From Tupaia chinensis (taxonomy: Eukaryota): 18,157 bases of DNA. A program made the translations under genes and the position numbers. Of this stretch, positions 8,784-18,157 are shown piece by piece. Within the stretch, counting starts at the first letter, position 1. Every line of letters begins with the position of its first letter. The notes under the pieces were generated by a model. It was not told the origin of the DNA and searched no databases. It saw only the letters and a program-made list of their open reading frames with translations. Where the stretch lies: assembly GCF_000334495.1 (NCBI RefSeq), contig NW_006201235.1, positions 307,644-325,800 of the forward strand. The letters run 5' to 3'.

Positions 8784-8940
8784 CCGGGGAATGGTCTTTG
8801 GGATCCAGTCTGAGATCAGCTGCCCATTCTGGTCTACCAACCTGTCAGCCCCATCGACAATCAGGACAAGGGTCTGGCCAGACTGCAGGGACTGAGCAGC
8901 CTTGAGCAGCAGCCTCTGCTGCAAGTCCCACACGAGGCCC
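8784..8940 (-). CDS. TEP1: TEP1 coding exon, NACHT Walker B-like segment (phase 2 in, 0 out)
   Basis: Translation: (R)GLVWDLQQRLLLKAAQSLQSGQTLVLIVDGADRLVDQNGQLISDWIPKTIPR. The hhhhDGxDE/R-type Walker B reads LVLIVDGADRL. Acceptor ccccgactccccccacccag|GG, donor CGG|gtgagt. Confidence 0.8.
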
Positions 8941-9013
8941 CTGGGTGGGGGGAGTCGGGGTCAGTGGAGGTGCCATGCACCATCTACAGGCTGGGCTAAT
9001 CAGGGATACACAC

Positions 9014-9189
9014 CGGTAGGTGCTGGGGAGGACGCTGGGCTCTTGCACTTGGCTGTGTAGGTAGGTACAGAGGCGTCTGAGCAGGGTGAGGGCAAACCCC
9101 TGGTCAGGGCGGGCCCCTGAAAAGTGGAAGAAGACTAAAGGAGCCACCTTGACCCCATGAGGAGCCCTGAGGGTTGATACAAGGGATGC
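9014..9189 (-). CDS. TEP1: TEP1 coding exon, NACHT (phase 0 in, 2 out)
   Basis: Translation: ASLVSTLRAPHGVKVAPLVFFHFSGARPDQGFALTLLRRLCTYLHSQVQEPSVLPSTY. Acceptor ttctgtttctgtcccatgtag|GCA, donor ACCG|gtgtgt. The intron to the 8784-8940 exon is only 73 nt. Confidence 0.8.
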
Positions 9190-9304
9190 CTACATGGGAC
9201 AGAAACAGAAAACATGGTCACGTTTTACATGCACGAGCTCCCTGTGCCCTGCCTCCTTAGTCCACAGTCCTCCCTCCCTCCCACCCAGGCCCCTGAAGCT
9301 GTAC

Positions 9305-9499
9305 CAGGAATGCGGTCTTGCCCTGTCCCGACTGCCCAGTCACCAGGCTCAGCCCCCCTCGCTGCAGTATCAGCTGCTGCACAGTGTCCTGAAGAAGGCG
9401 CGATCGGGCGGGACTCGGTGGGTTCTGCAGCTGCTGAAAGGTGGCTTGGACCAAGTCATCATCTGGGATGGACACTGGCTGCTCCGGCTGGGCCCCAGG
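9305..9499 (-). CDS. TEP1: TEP1 coding exon, NACHT Walker A P-loop (phase 0 in, 0 out)
   Basis: Translation: PGAQPEQPVSIPDDDLVQATFQQLQNPPSPARSRLLQDTVQQLILQRGGLSLVTGQSGQGKTAFL. The GxxGxGKT P-loop is present as GQSGQGKT. Acceptor ctgtgccctcag|CCT, donor CTG|gtacag. Confidence 0.85.
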
Positions 9500-9610
9500 C
9501 TGAGGGCACAGGGCCAGTGACTTAAACCACAGAGCGCCCACCAAGATACTTCCCTCCCAGGACTACCCAGACCACCTACCCGCTCTCCATTCCCCAGTGC
9601 TCCTGCTGAC

Positions 9611-9728
9611 CTGTAGGTAAAGCTTTTGTATCATATCCCACACATCCTGCAGGATCAACTGCCCAAACTCCTCCAGCCCTGCAATGTAGGGCCGGCCAGC
9701 GGCCACACCCCCCCACTCACAGGAGTAT
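9611..9728 (-). CDS. TEP1: TEP1 coding exon (phase 2 in, 0 out)
   Basis: Translation: (R)[39 protein letters not shown]. Acceptor tgtgcttgctttgcccacag|AT, donor CAG|gtcagc. Confidence 0.8.
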
Positions 9729-9817
9729 CTGTGGGCAAAGCAAGCACAGCCAGCGTCAGAGCAGGCCTGGTCCTTTCAGCACACCTCTCTACAGGTGCTC
9801 CCTACCTCCCAGCTCAC

Positions 9818-9931
9818 CTGCGACAGGTAATCCCCTTCTGTCTGCTCAGATAGGTCTTCAGTTCTGAGATCCGATGTGCAGCTTCTTCTGACTCAGAAAT
9901 AAAGTCAGATTTCCAGGCATCTGGCACAGAG
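9818..9931 (-). CDS. TEP1: TEP1 coding exon (phase 2 in, 2 out)
   Basis: Translation: [38 protein letters not shown]. Acceptor gtgtatttttggtgctcag|CT, donor GCAG|gtgagc. Confidence 0.8.
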
Positions 9932-10207
9932 CTGAGCACCAAAAATACACCCCAAGAGTGGGGCTAGACTCAGGCCCAGCCTCGCTCCTGCAACCAACAC
10001 CTGTGGCTGTGACCCCTGAAACTCCCCAGGAGACGAGTGCCTGCCTTCAGCTCCAAGGCTGATTTGGACTGCAAAGACTGTTCTCTGAAGCCTGTTTCTC
10101 TCTTCCAGCTCCCTTCTCCTATACCCTGAGAACTGGGGACAGAAGACTTGGCCACTGAGCCTCGCAGGACTCCTGTAGACCCCTGGCCAGAAGGTGACGG
10201 AAAGTAC

Positions 10208-10332
10208 CTAAGGAAGCCAGAATCCCGCAAGTAGATGAGAGCGTGGGCAGAGGGCTGCTGGCGGAGGCCCCGATTCAGGAACTGCATCACCTCCATCTCT
10301 GTCACAGAGCGCCCCGGAGGGTACTGCTGGGC
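10208..10332 (-). CDS. TEP1: TEP1 coding exon (phase 0 in, 2 out)
   Basis: Translation: [41 protein letters not shown]. Acceptor cctgccccctctgtacag|GCC, donor TTAG|gtactt. Confidence 0.8.
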
Positions 10333-10893
10333 CTGTACAGAGGGGGCAGGGACAGGCGTGTTCAGCCCTAGGTCACTAGGCCCTCACTAGCCCCTCCTTA
10401 AGACCATCCCATGCCCCAGGGTGCTAGGGATGTCCCACCCTCCCTTCAGCCACAAGCCAATACAACTAACAGCTAACGTTTGCTGAATGCCTGTCATACA
10501 GTAACCAATTTTTAAGAGACTTTAAACTTTCATAATAACCCTGCAAAGCAGATGTCATTGCTTCCCTTTAATGTGTGGGAAATTGAGGCTAAGTTACATT
10601 AGGCTGCTCCCCACAGAGCTGTACAACCCGGAAATGACAGGAGAGTGATCAGAACCAGATCCAGCTGAGGGCAAAGCCTAGACAGACCCACCCTCTTACC
10701 TGTCACATCCCTTGGCCAACCCTGAAAGTACTTCTCAAAGAAATTGCCCTCATCTAAACTTGGGCTCTCGTAGAATCTTCTGCCTGTGCTGTGCTTCACG
10801 TTTCGAGGCCCTGCCTGTGCATAGCTCCAGGGCTCTTGACAAGCTGTGGCTTCCTCCCACCCTGCTCCAGCCTTTGCTCCTTTCCCACCTTAC

Positions 10894-11014
10894 CCAGTGG
10901 AAGTGAGGGTGATCAGGAAGGTTGTAGTTGGGGGGAATGTAGCCATAGCGGGAGCCCAGAATCCCCACGAACAGCTGTGAGTTCTCCACCTCGCCAAGGC
11001 ACACTTCCAGTTGT
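10894..11014 (-). CDS. TEP1: TEP1 coding exon (phase 2 in, 0 out)
   Basis: Translation: (R)[40 protein letters not shown]. Acceptor tctctaaccatacctgcag|AC, donor TGG|gtaagg. Confidence 0.8.
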
Positions 11015-11239
11015 CTGCAGGTATGGTTAGAGACAGGTGGGTGTCACAGGCACAGTAGTAGAGAGTACAGGCACGAGTGGGTGATGCAGACCTGGCTCAC
11101 AACGGAACAAAGCCAAGGCATGCTGCTCCCATTAGCAACCGTGGGCAGCTCCCCCAACACCCTCGTCCCTACGGCCCCAACCTGGCTCACTTCAGTTCCG
11201 CTACTCAAGCCCAGCCCCTGTCCTCTGTGGCCCCCGTAC

Positions 11240-11416
11240 CTGTTCCTACGGGTCTCCTCCTCAGTGATGCCCCAGCGCAGGTCAATGCCGTGAAGGCTGA
11301 TGCGGTGAGGAGCCGCTCGGGCCTGCAGTGCCGGTAGCACAGACCTCAGCAGTAGGTCCCGCTCGCCGTGCATATCTCGGAAAGTGGATGAAATGAAGAG
11401 CCGGATGCTGCGCCAG
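11240..11416 (-). CDS. TEP1: TEP1 coding exon (phase 2 in, 2 out)
   Basis: Translation: [58 protein letters not shown]. Acceptor tctgctcaccccag|C, donor ACAG|gtacgg. Confidence 0.75.
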
Positions 11417-11662
11417 CTGGGGTGAGCAGAGGGTGGAGCTCAGTCTAGGGATCAGTGTATTACCCAATCCACAGACACAGTCACCACTGAGCACAAGCCA
11501 GGTATGACGAGCACAGGGGTGTCCAGCAGGCTTTTGCTCACAGTCTCACCACAGAGCCCTGGAATCTACACCATTTGCCATTGCTCATGCACCCCTCTTT
11601 TACCAGCTAATCATTATAACACACTTAAAATCTTGTCCATGGTGACACTGTGAGGCAAGCAA

Positions 11663-11805
11663 TATTTTTTTAATTGAACTTTATTTATTTTTAATTTGAT
11701 CAGACAGAGAGAGAGAGAGAGAGAGTGAAAAAGCAAGCCGCCACACCCATTACTTGAACCATGGTTGGCCATGTGGGAGTCCAGCACCCTTAACCACCAC
11801 ATCAT
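11663..11805 (-). mobile_element. tRNA-derived SINE, short form
   Basis: gacagagagagagagagagagtgaaaaagcaagccgccacacccattacttgaaccatggttggccatgtgggagtccagcacccttaaccaccacatcatgg. Confidence 0.75.
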
Positions 11806-11922
11806 GGTAAACACTATTGTTATCTCCATTTTACCAAACAAGAAATTATAGCTTTCAGAAATTAAGCAACTAGTCCAAAGTTCAACTACTATTGGCAAAG
11901 GTAGGATGAAAAAGCTAGAGCC

Positions 11923-12156
11923 GAGTCAGCCTGTGGCACAGTGGTTAAGGGGCTAGATCCCATATGAATGCCTGCATGGCTCAAATCCCAAACCCAGCAG
12001 CTTGAAAGTCATGCCAGGTACACGTGTGCATGTGCCCAAAATCCCAAGAGGAGACTGGGAAGAAGAGATCTCAGTGTAGCCATCTCCCCTGGGGGATGCT
12101 TTCTCACTTTCCTTCTCTTTCTTTCTCTCCAGCAAGCACATGTGCCTTATATACGA
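11923..12156 (+). mobile_element. tRNA-derived SINE, full-length copy
   Basis: cagcctgtggcacagtggttaaggggctagatcccatatgaatgcctgcatggctcaaatcccaaacccagcagcttgaaagtcatgccaggtacacgtgtgcatgtgcccaaaatcccaagaggagactgggaagaagagatctcagtgtagccatctcccctgggggatgctttctcactttcc...ctccagcaagcacatgtgccttat. Confidence 0.8.
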
Positions 12157-12245
12157 AAAGGAAGGAAGGGAGGGAGGAAGAAACAGAAGGAGGGAAGGAG
12201 AGGGAGAGAAAGGAAGGAAGGAGAGGAAGAAAGGAAAGGAAAAGC
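12157..12245. repeat. (GGAA)n-like purine microsatellite abutting a SINE tail
   Basis: gaaaaggaaggaagggagggaggaagaaacagaaggagggaaggagagggagagaaaggaaggaaggagaggaagaaaggaaaggaaaag. Source of the spurious K/R/E-rich plus ORFs 11968-12327 and 12024-12263. Confidence 0.8.
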
Positions 12246-12511
12246 CAGAGCCTGTGCTCCTAAGCCCTGGCTACATGACTGTGGTGCCTGCTGCCCTCCC
12301 CACATTCTAACCTCCTTTCCCCAGTAGAGAAAGGAACATGTTCACAATCTGATTATTTCCTGTGCTAGAAAAACCCTGTCTCAGAAAAAGGAATCATGCC
12401 CTGGTGAACAGAACAAGGGACGTCTCAACTGCCAGAATTTTAATCACAGAATTTCCTGGGGTTTTGATCTCAGCCCCTCCCAAATCACAAGGCATAGAAA
12501 TACAGACTGAC

Positions 12512-12670
12512 CCGTGCTGGGAAATAGGAGCCAAGGGGCTTGGAGTATCCTCTTCCAGTGGCCGGAGAGAAAGTACTTCTGTCTTTCCTGGAGATGGTGG
12601 AATCTTAAATATCTTGTCCATTTGGCCCACATGTTCAAGGAGACGGGAGGCCCCACGCTCTGCAATGAAC
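12512..12670 (-). CDS. TEP1: Candidate TEP1 coding exon, low-complexity linker (phase 2 in, 2 out)
   Basis: Strong acceptor ttgttaattttgttgtttatgtcag|G. Of the three frames, only the one dictated by the flanking exon phases is open for 52 codons: FIAERGASRLLEHVGQMDKIFKIPPSPGKTEVLSLRPLEEDTPSPLAPISQHG. Donor CACGG|gtcagt is weak. Length 159 = 3n, so including or skipping it preserves the frame. No independent recollection supports this peptide. Confidence 0.4.
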
Positions 12671-13442
12671 CTGACATAAACAACAAAATTAACAATATCA
12701 GAGGTTTGAATCAGAGGGCCAGGGGGACAAAGATATGGCCAGGTTAGGTCACCCAGTTAACGAGCTTTTTAAGAAGAAGACCATAAGCAGTGAGTGCAAT
12801 TTAAAATAAACAGGGCTGCAGACATAGGAATGATGGGGTAGAGAAGAAATTCCGCTCTAGCCCTCCTGCTAGGTATGGTAACTATAAGCTTCTGTCAGGC
12901 TAGGGACAACCGGGCTGGGCTAAGATATAAAAATCAGGCCATCCCAGCATCCCAGTCTGGGCTTGATCAGCTCTGCCTGCCAGAAAAGTGCCCTGGAGAA
13001 GGAGGAATGTGCATAAGGTTTCCTTAACAGGAGTTGGGGAAAATGTGGAGCACACAAAGGAAAAGAAGTGTGTGTGTGTGTGGGGGGGGCAGGGATAAAA
13101 GTAAATGGGAAGGCTAAGAGTGGAGAAGATTTCTGTAATTCAGTTCAACACCTGGAATTTTCTTTGGATCAAGAATTGAACAGAGACCACAGTGATGTGA
13201 GCAACTTTTGAGTTATTCTCTTATAAGCAAACAGTGTACTCTCTCATGTCCCTTTCCCTCTTTCCTATTAAATGTAATAAAAACTTGACTGGATACAGAG
13301 ATGGCTGGAACTGAAGCAGCCATCTTGAACCAGGAGGTAGAAGCTGAGTATTTGAGGATGGCAGTACAATAAGACAGAAAGTGCCCATGTCCCTGTAACA
13401 GTGTGGCTACTATGCCTGGACAGCTATAATAAAATAAACTTG

Positions 13443-13672
13443 CTGGATCCCACATGGCCAGCTCCATCACAGTTCAAGTCCTAGATCTCGCAGGTTGAGA
13501 AACACACCAGACACATATACATGTGTGTCCCAAATCCCAACAGGGTGGCAAAATGACAGAGAAGGGACTGTGGTGTGAACATTCCCCAAGGGAAGTGTTT
13601 TTTTCTCTCTCCCTCTCTCTGTCCTTCTGTCTCTCTCTGGACAGTGTACATGCCTTCTGGCAAGATTTGTTT
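13443..13672 (+). mobile_element. tRNA-derived SINE, 5'-truncated copy
   Basis: ggatcccacatggccagctccatcacagttcaagtcctagatctcgcaggttgagaaacacaccagacacatatacatgtgtgtcccaaatcccaacagggtggcaaaatgacagagaagggactgtggtgtgaacattccccaagggaagtgtttttttctctctccctctctctgtcc...ctggacagtgtacatgccttctggcaag. Confidence 0.75.
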
Positions 13673-13692
13673 TGTTTTGTTTTTCCCATAGG

Positions 13693-13921
13693 GCACATGT
13701 GCTCACTACAGAGAAACAGAGAGAAAGTGAGAAATCACCTCCTCCTTCCCCCTTGGGAGGATGGCTACACCACAATCCCTTCTCCATTCCCCTCTCAGGA
13801 TTTTGGGCACGCATACACACACACCTAGAGTAATTTTCAAGCCACCAGGTTCAGGATTCAAACCGCGGTCAGCCATATAGGAGTCTGGCACCTTAACTAC
13901 TACACCACCTGCTGGCCCAGC
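13693..13921 (-). mobile_element. tRNA-derived SINE, full-length copy, tail-to-tail with the 13443-13672 copy
   Basis: gcacatgtgctcactacagagaaacagagagaaagtgagaaatcacc...ggatggctacaccacaatcccttctcc...ggattttgggcacgcatacacacacacctagagtaattttcaagccaccaggttcaggattcaaaccgcggtcagccatataggagtctggcaccttaactactacaccacctgctggccc. Confidence 0.8.
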
Positions 13922-14443
13922 AAGATTTTAAAAAATAAAATAAAAAATAAACTTGTTTAAAAATTATGTTAATGGGAGCAATAGTCACAGATAATCTCTT
14001 ATAGATGTCTTAATGAAGTCTCCAACCCCTTCAATGTCCATCCTGTACTCACTTCAGAATCCCATCAGTACATCCTGAGAGTGTCACATCATTGCAATTC
14101 AAATCTGATGACCTGGCAAAGGAAGCAGCAGCCAGCCATTAACCATCAGAAATGGTGCCTGGAACACAGAGTCACTGGCCCCTAACTCCTTAAGATGCCC
14201 CACCTCTGCACTTGTAGCATGGTTATACACTAGGCTAGGGCTGGGAATTATCCTCCCAAAGGGGTACAGAGCTAGACTGAAGATTTTCAGAGAAGGTTCT
14301 ACCACCTGAAGTGCAACAGAGGCAAGAGGGTGAGACAGGAAGTACACGCCTGACAAGGGGAGCGTCCTGGGCTGTGATCACGGTCAAGGGATAATATGAA
14401 TCATTGATTTCTGACCCTGTTCAGGTGGGGTAAGCATTCTTAC

Positions 14444-14574
14444 GGGTACTGTTTCCCTCTTAGGAGGACACCAACAAAGAGGCACTTGGCGTTCACATGC
14501 TGCCAGAAAAGCTGTTTGGCCACAATTGTCATACTCTCATTAATCGCTTGGCCAAAGACGATGACCCTGTCCAC
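14444..14574 (-). CDS. TEP1: Candidate TEP1 coding exon, vWA-like region (phase 0 in, 2 out)
   Basis: Acceptor ccatttcaatcttacag|GTG, donor CC|gtaaga. Only one frame is open: VDRVIVFGQAINESMTIVAKQLFWQHVNAKCLFVGVLLRGKQYP. Its phases fit exactly between the 16016-16201 exon (0 out) and the 12512-12670 / 11240-11416 exons (2 in). Confidence 0.55.
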
Positions 14575-15147
14575 CTGTAAGATTGAAATGGGAGGGGTCA
14601 AGGCCAGGGAAAAAGGGGCCAGAAGAAATTCTAAAGATCTCAGGACATCGGGAAAAGGATTGGGGGATTAGGAGAACTCTCAAGAAAGTAGGAAATCATC
14701 TCTCCTGAGAACAAGGAGAACGAGGCATGCCACGACACTTTGGCTTGGGGTGTGTCAAAGTGAAGGCTGGGGTTGGGGGCACAGGAGCACTGGTGTGCTG
14801 TAGCTGATTCACTCAGGAAGCTCATGAGAACTCACTGCTACATTTTTATAAATCGTTGACAACTGAACCAGTTGTTAAATGTGGCTACCAAATGATCTGA
14901 ACTTAAAATCAGATAGATTATATTTTAAATAAAGAGAATAAATGCTCAAAACTCATCACTTCCTATTTTACTATGGTTTACTATTAACTACTCTTGAGCT
15001 CATTTACATCTGCGGTATAGGTGTTGAAGACGTACTTTTCAGTGGTGTGCTACTGAGCATCTCTTCTCAATTCTATGTTGAGTGACATCAAGCTGGTAGC
15101 TTGAAACTGGCCGTGGAAAGACTTTTAAATATCTGTGATAGGTTTTG

Positions 15148-15300
15148 GCAGGTGGCGTGGTGGTTAAGGCATTAGACACTCTTACATGGCCAACCATAGT
15201 TCAAGTCCCAAACCTGGAGGCTTGCTTTCTCACTTTCCCTCTTTCTCTCTCGTCAAGTTAAAAATGAGTGAATAAATAACATTTTTTAATAACAATAATA
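15148..15300 (+). mobile_element. tRNA-derived SINE, short form
   Basis: ggcaggtggcgtggtggttaaggcattagacactcttacatggccaaccatagttcaagtcccaaacctggaggcttgctttctcactttccctctttctctctcgtcaagttaaaaatgagtgaataaataac. Confidence 0.75.
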
Positions 15301-15310
15301 ATTTGTTATA

Positions 15311-15537
15311 GGTTTGTGCACACCCAAGAGAGACAGAAAGAGAAACAAACATGAGAAAGCACCTCCGACAGGGGATGACCACATCACAATCCCTTCTCTT
15401 CCATTCTCCTCTCGGGATTCTGGCCATGTGCATATGTGCACCCAGCATGTTTCTCAAGCTGCCAGATCCAGGACTCGAACTACAGTCAGCCATGTGGGAT
15501 CCAGCCACCTCAACCTCCACACCACCAGCTGGCCCAT
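15311..15537 (-). mobile_element. tRNA-derived SINE, full-length copy, tail-to-tail with the 15148-15300 copy
   Basis: gtgcacacccaagagagacagaaagagaaacaaacatgagaaagcacctcc...gatgaccacatcacaatcccttctcttcc...gcatgtttctcaagctgccagatccaggactcgaactacagtcagccatgtgggatccagccacctcaacctccacaccaccagctggccc. Accounts for ORFs 15230-15520 and 15314-15637. Confidence 0.8.
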
Positions 15538-16015
15538 GGTAAGACCTTACACACCATGGAAATTAGAAAATACTATCAAGCAACTTATTTTTCCATACAA
15601 CTATTTACTAAATATTTGTGAGCACAGCAGAGGGTAGGGAATGGCAAGAAGACATGAACTGAGCTGGATATTATACATGTTTTGGAAGGTCAACTGTGAA
15701 GGGTAAGGAATTGAGATACATCTATTACAGAGGAAAATGTCGGGGAGAGGGAGAGTTTTTCAGGAAATGAGCAGTACTCACAGGGACCCTTTGGACGGCA
15801 AGAGATAGCAGGTATTTCCCAAAAGTACGCAGAGACCATTCATCGCTTTCATCTAACTCCTGCGAGAAAGAGATTCGGACTATACAACCACACAGGAGCT
15901 AATATGTAAGCAGCCAACACCACAAACTTCCTGGGAAACTTCCGAACTGCGTATATCCATGGTTGTACTAACTACTGTGTTCAGGCTGTTCCCAGGCCTG
16001 CATCCACTCACACAC

Positions 16016-16201
16016 TTCCGGATGGTGGGGCAGCTGTCTGACCTGGACCTGGGCCTGCAGCTGGATGGCAGTCTTCAGGATGCCTTCTTCTGCCTTAAGC
16101 ACTGCAGTCTTCAGAGTGCCCCCTCCACACAGCAAGAGATCCGCCTGCTCCGCCCTTGCAATCATCATTCCAATCAACAGCAGCACATAGTTCAGGGGTG
16201 G
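16016..16201 (-). CDS. TEP1: TEP1 coding exon, vWA-like/TROVE region (phase 0 in, 0 out)
   Basis: Translation: PPLNYVLLLIGMMIARAEQADLLLCGGGTLKTAVLKAEEGILKTAIQLQAQVQVRQLPHHPE. Acceptor tctgctcttcaccttgccag|CCA, donor GAA|gtgtgtgagt. The alternative donor TGT|gtgagt 4 nt downstream would shift phase and is disfavoured by the downstream frame. Confidence 0.6.
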
Positions 16202-16433
16202 CTGGCAAGGTGAAGAGCAGACTGAGAAAAAGCTCCCCTATTTTGGAATCCACCCTTGCCCACCCTGCCTTGTAGGCCAAACACCTCCACTGGTTTGAGG
16301 AAAGGGACAAAAGCCCCAGTTAGGAGGGGCCAACTTCAGCAGCCTTCAGGAAGAACTGACCCAGGAAGGGGTAGCAAGGAGCCAGGATCCCTGCATGCTA
16401 CCAGCCCCATGGAGGGTGCTTTTTACATTTTAC

Positions 16434-16602
16434 CCCTTGCGAGTTGCTCTTAGGACAGAGCTTGTCTGCATCAGCATCTGTTAGATAGACCAAAAGGGTG
16501 CGGCCTGGCAGGGGAGGCAGGCTGTGCTTCACAGAGATGTTCACTGCTGTCTCCAGGGCCTGTCGGTACTGGTCCAGCATCTCACTGTCATAGCTCCACT
16601 GT
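16434..16602 (-). CDS. TEP1: TEP1 coding exon, vWA-like/TROVE region (phase 2 in, 0 out)
   Basis: Translation: (x)QWSYDSEMLDQYRQALETAVNISVKHSLPPLPGRTLLVYLTDADADKLCPKSNSQG. Acceptor tgtgtctgtgtctttcttgtctgcag|A, donor GGG|gtaaaatg. Confidence 0.6.
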
Positions 16603-17099
16603 CTGCAGACAAGAAAGACACAGACACAGGGGCTCAGGGCTCAGGGCTCAGGGGCTGCACCTTTAAGGCAGATGGGATGATGAGAACTAGCCACTCAAGC
16701 ATTGAGTCCTCTCCCTCCCTCCTCAAGCATTACCAACACCACTACCAATGCCATACCACAGCCTGCCTCCCACTCTCTTCCACAAGCCCACCTCCACTGT
16801 TGGTACAGAAGACTGGGACAGAGCCTCCCCCTTGTCTCCATTATACAGGGTCATTCAAATCCACTCTCATGGCAGAAGAATAGAATCGTCTGCCAACTCA
16901 CTCTCTGACGTCACTTGCCCTACTTAGCACATTAACACGTACTTACTTTACAGGCAAGATTTAACCACTACATATTTTAAATTGTATTTTAAAGAACAAA
17001 TACTAATTCCTTACTCTGAAAACTGGCAATTAAAGTATAATAGATTTAACATTCATTCCATCTTTTCTACACAAAATATGGGTATCTTAAAAGTTTTAG

Positions 17100-18157
<1,058 letters not shown>

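Noticed and set aside
11968-12327. Lys/Arg/Glu-rich ORFs (RKGRKGGRKKQKEGRRGRERKEGEEERKGK)
   Set aside because: Produced by translating the (GGAA)n microsatellite and SINE tail. This is low-complexity repeat, not a gene.
14099-14356. Minus ORF 14099-14356 (85 aa) and minus ORF 14640-14825 as additional TEP1 exons
   Set aside because: No acceptor/donor pair brackets an open segment in a phase compatible with the neighbours. The peptides look non-protein-like. The exon chain already closes in frame without them, though extra 3n-length exons between 14574 and 16016 cannot be excluded without transcript data.

Overview
The window is an internal ~18 kb slice of a mammalian nuclear gene on the minus strand, which I identify as TEP1 (telomerase-associated protein 1). 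The gene continues beyond both ends of the window. I could reconstruct 27 coding exons by reverse-complementing the sequence, locating canonical AG|exon|GT boundaries and checking that the reading phase is continuous across every junction. Right to left, these exons encode a vWA-like (TROVE module) region, a NACHT NTPase with Walker A (GQSGQGKT) and Walker B-like (LVLIVDGADRL) motifs, and a series of WD40 repeats. The TEP1 call rests on this architecture plus close agreement with my recollection of the TEP1 protein; I could not run a database search. The introns carry at least 13 copies of a tRNA-derived SINE (full-length ~230-280 bp and short ~150 bp forms, both orientations), several microsatellites, and a strongly polypurine/polypyrimidine intron. 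The SINE is not Alu, B1/B2, CAN or rabbit C-repeat, so the species is a non-primate, non-rodent eutherian, but I cannot name it. At the right end, antisense to TEP1 and lying in the intron to the right of the most upstream exon identified here, is an intronless, 5'UTR-to-3'UTR copy of the proteasome subunit alpha-1 mRNA (PSMA1) with a premature stop and frameshifts: a processed pseudogene. This is ordinary eukaryotic gene-body sequence. There is no prokaryotic-style defence or accessory system here. The most notable items are the retropseudogene, two stop-free 3n introns, inverted and tandem SINE clusters, and two candidate exons that need transcript evidence.
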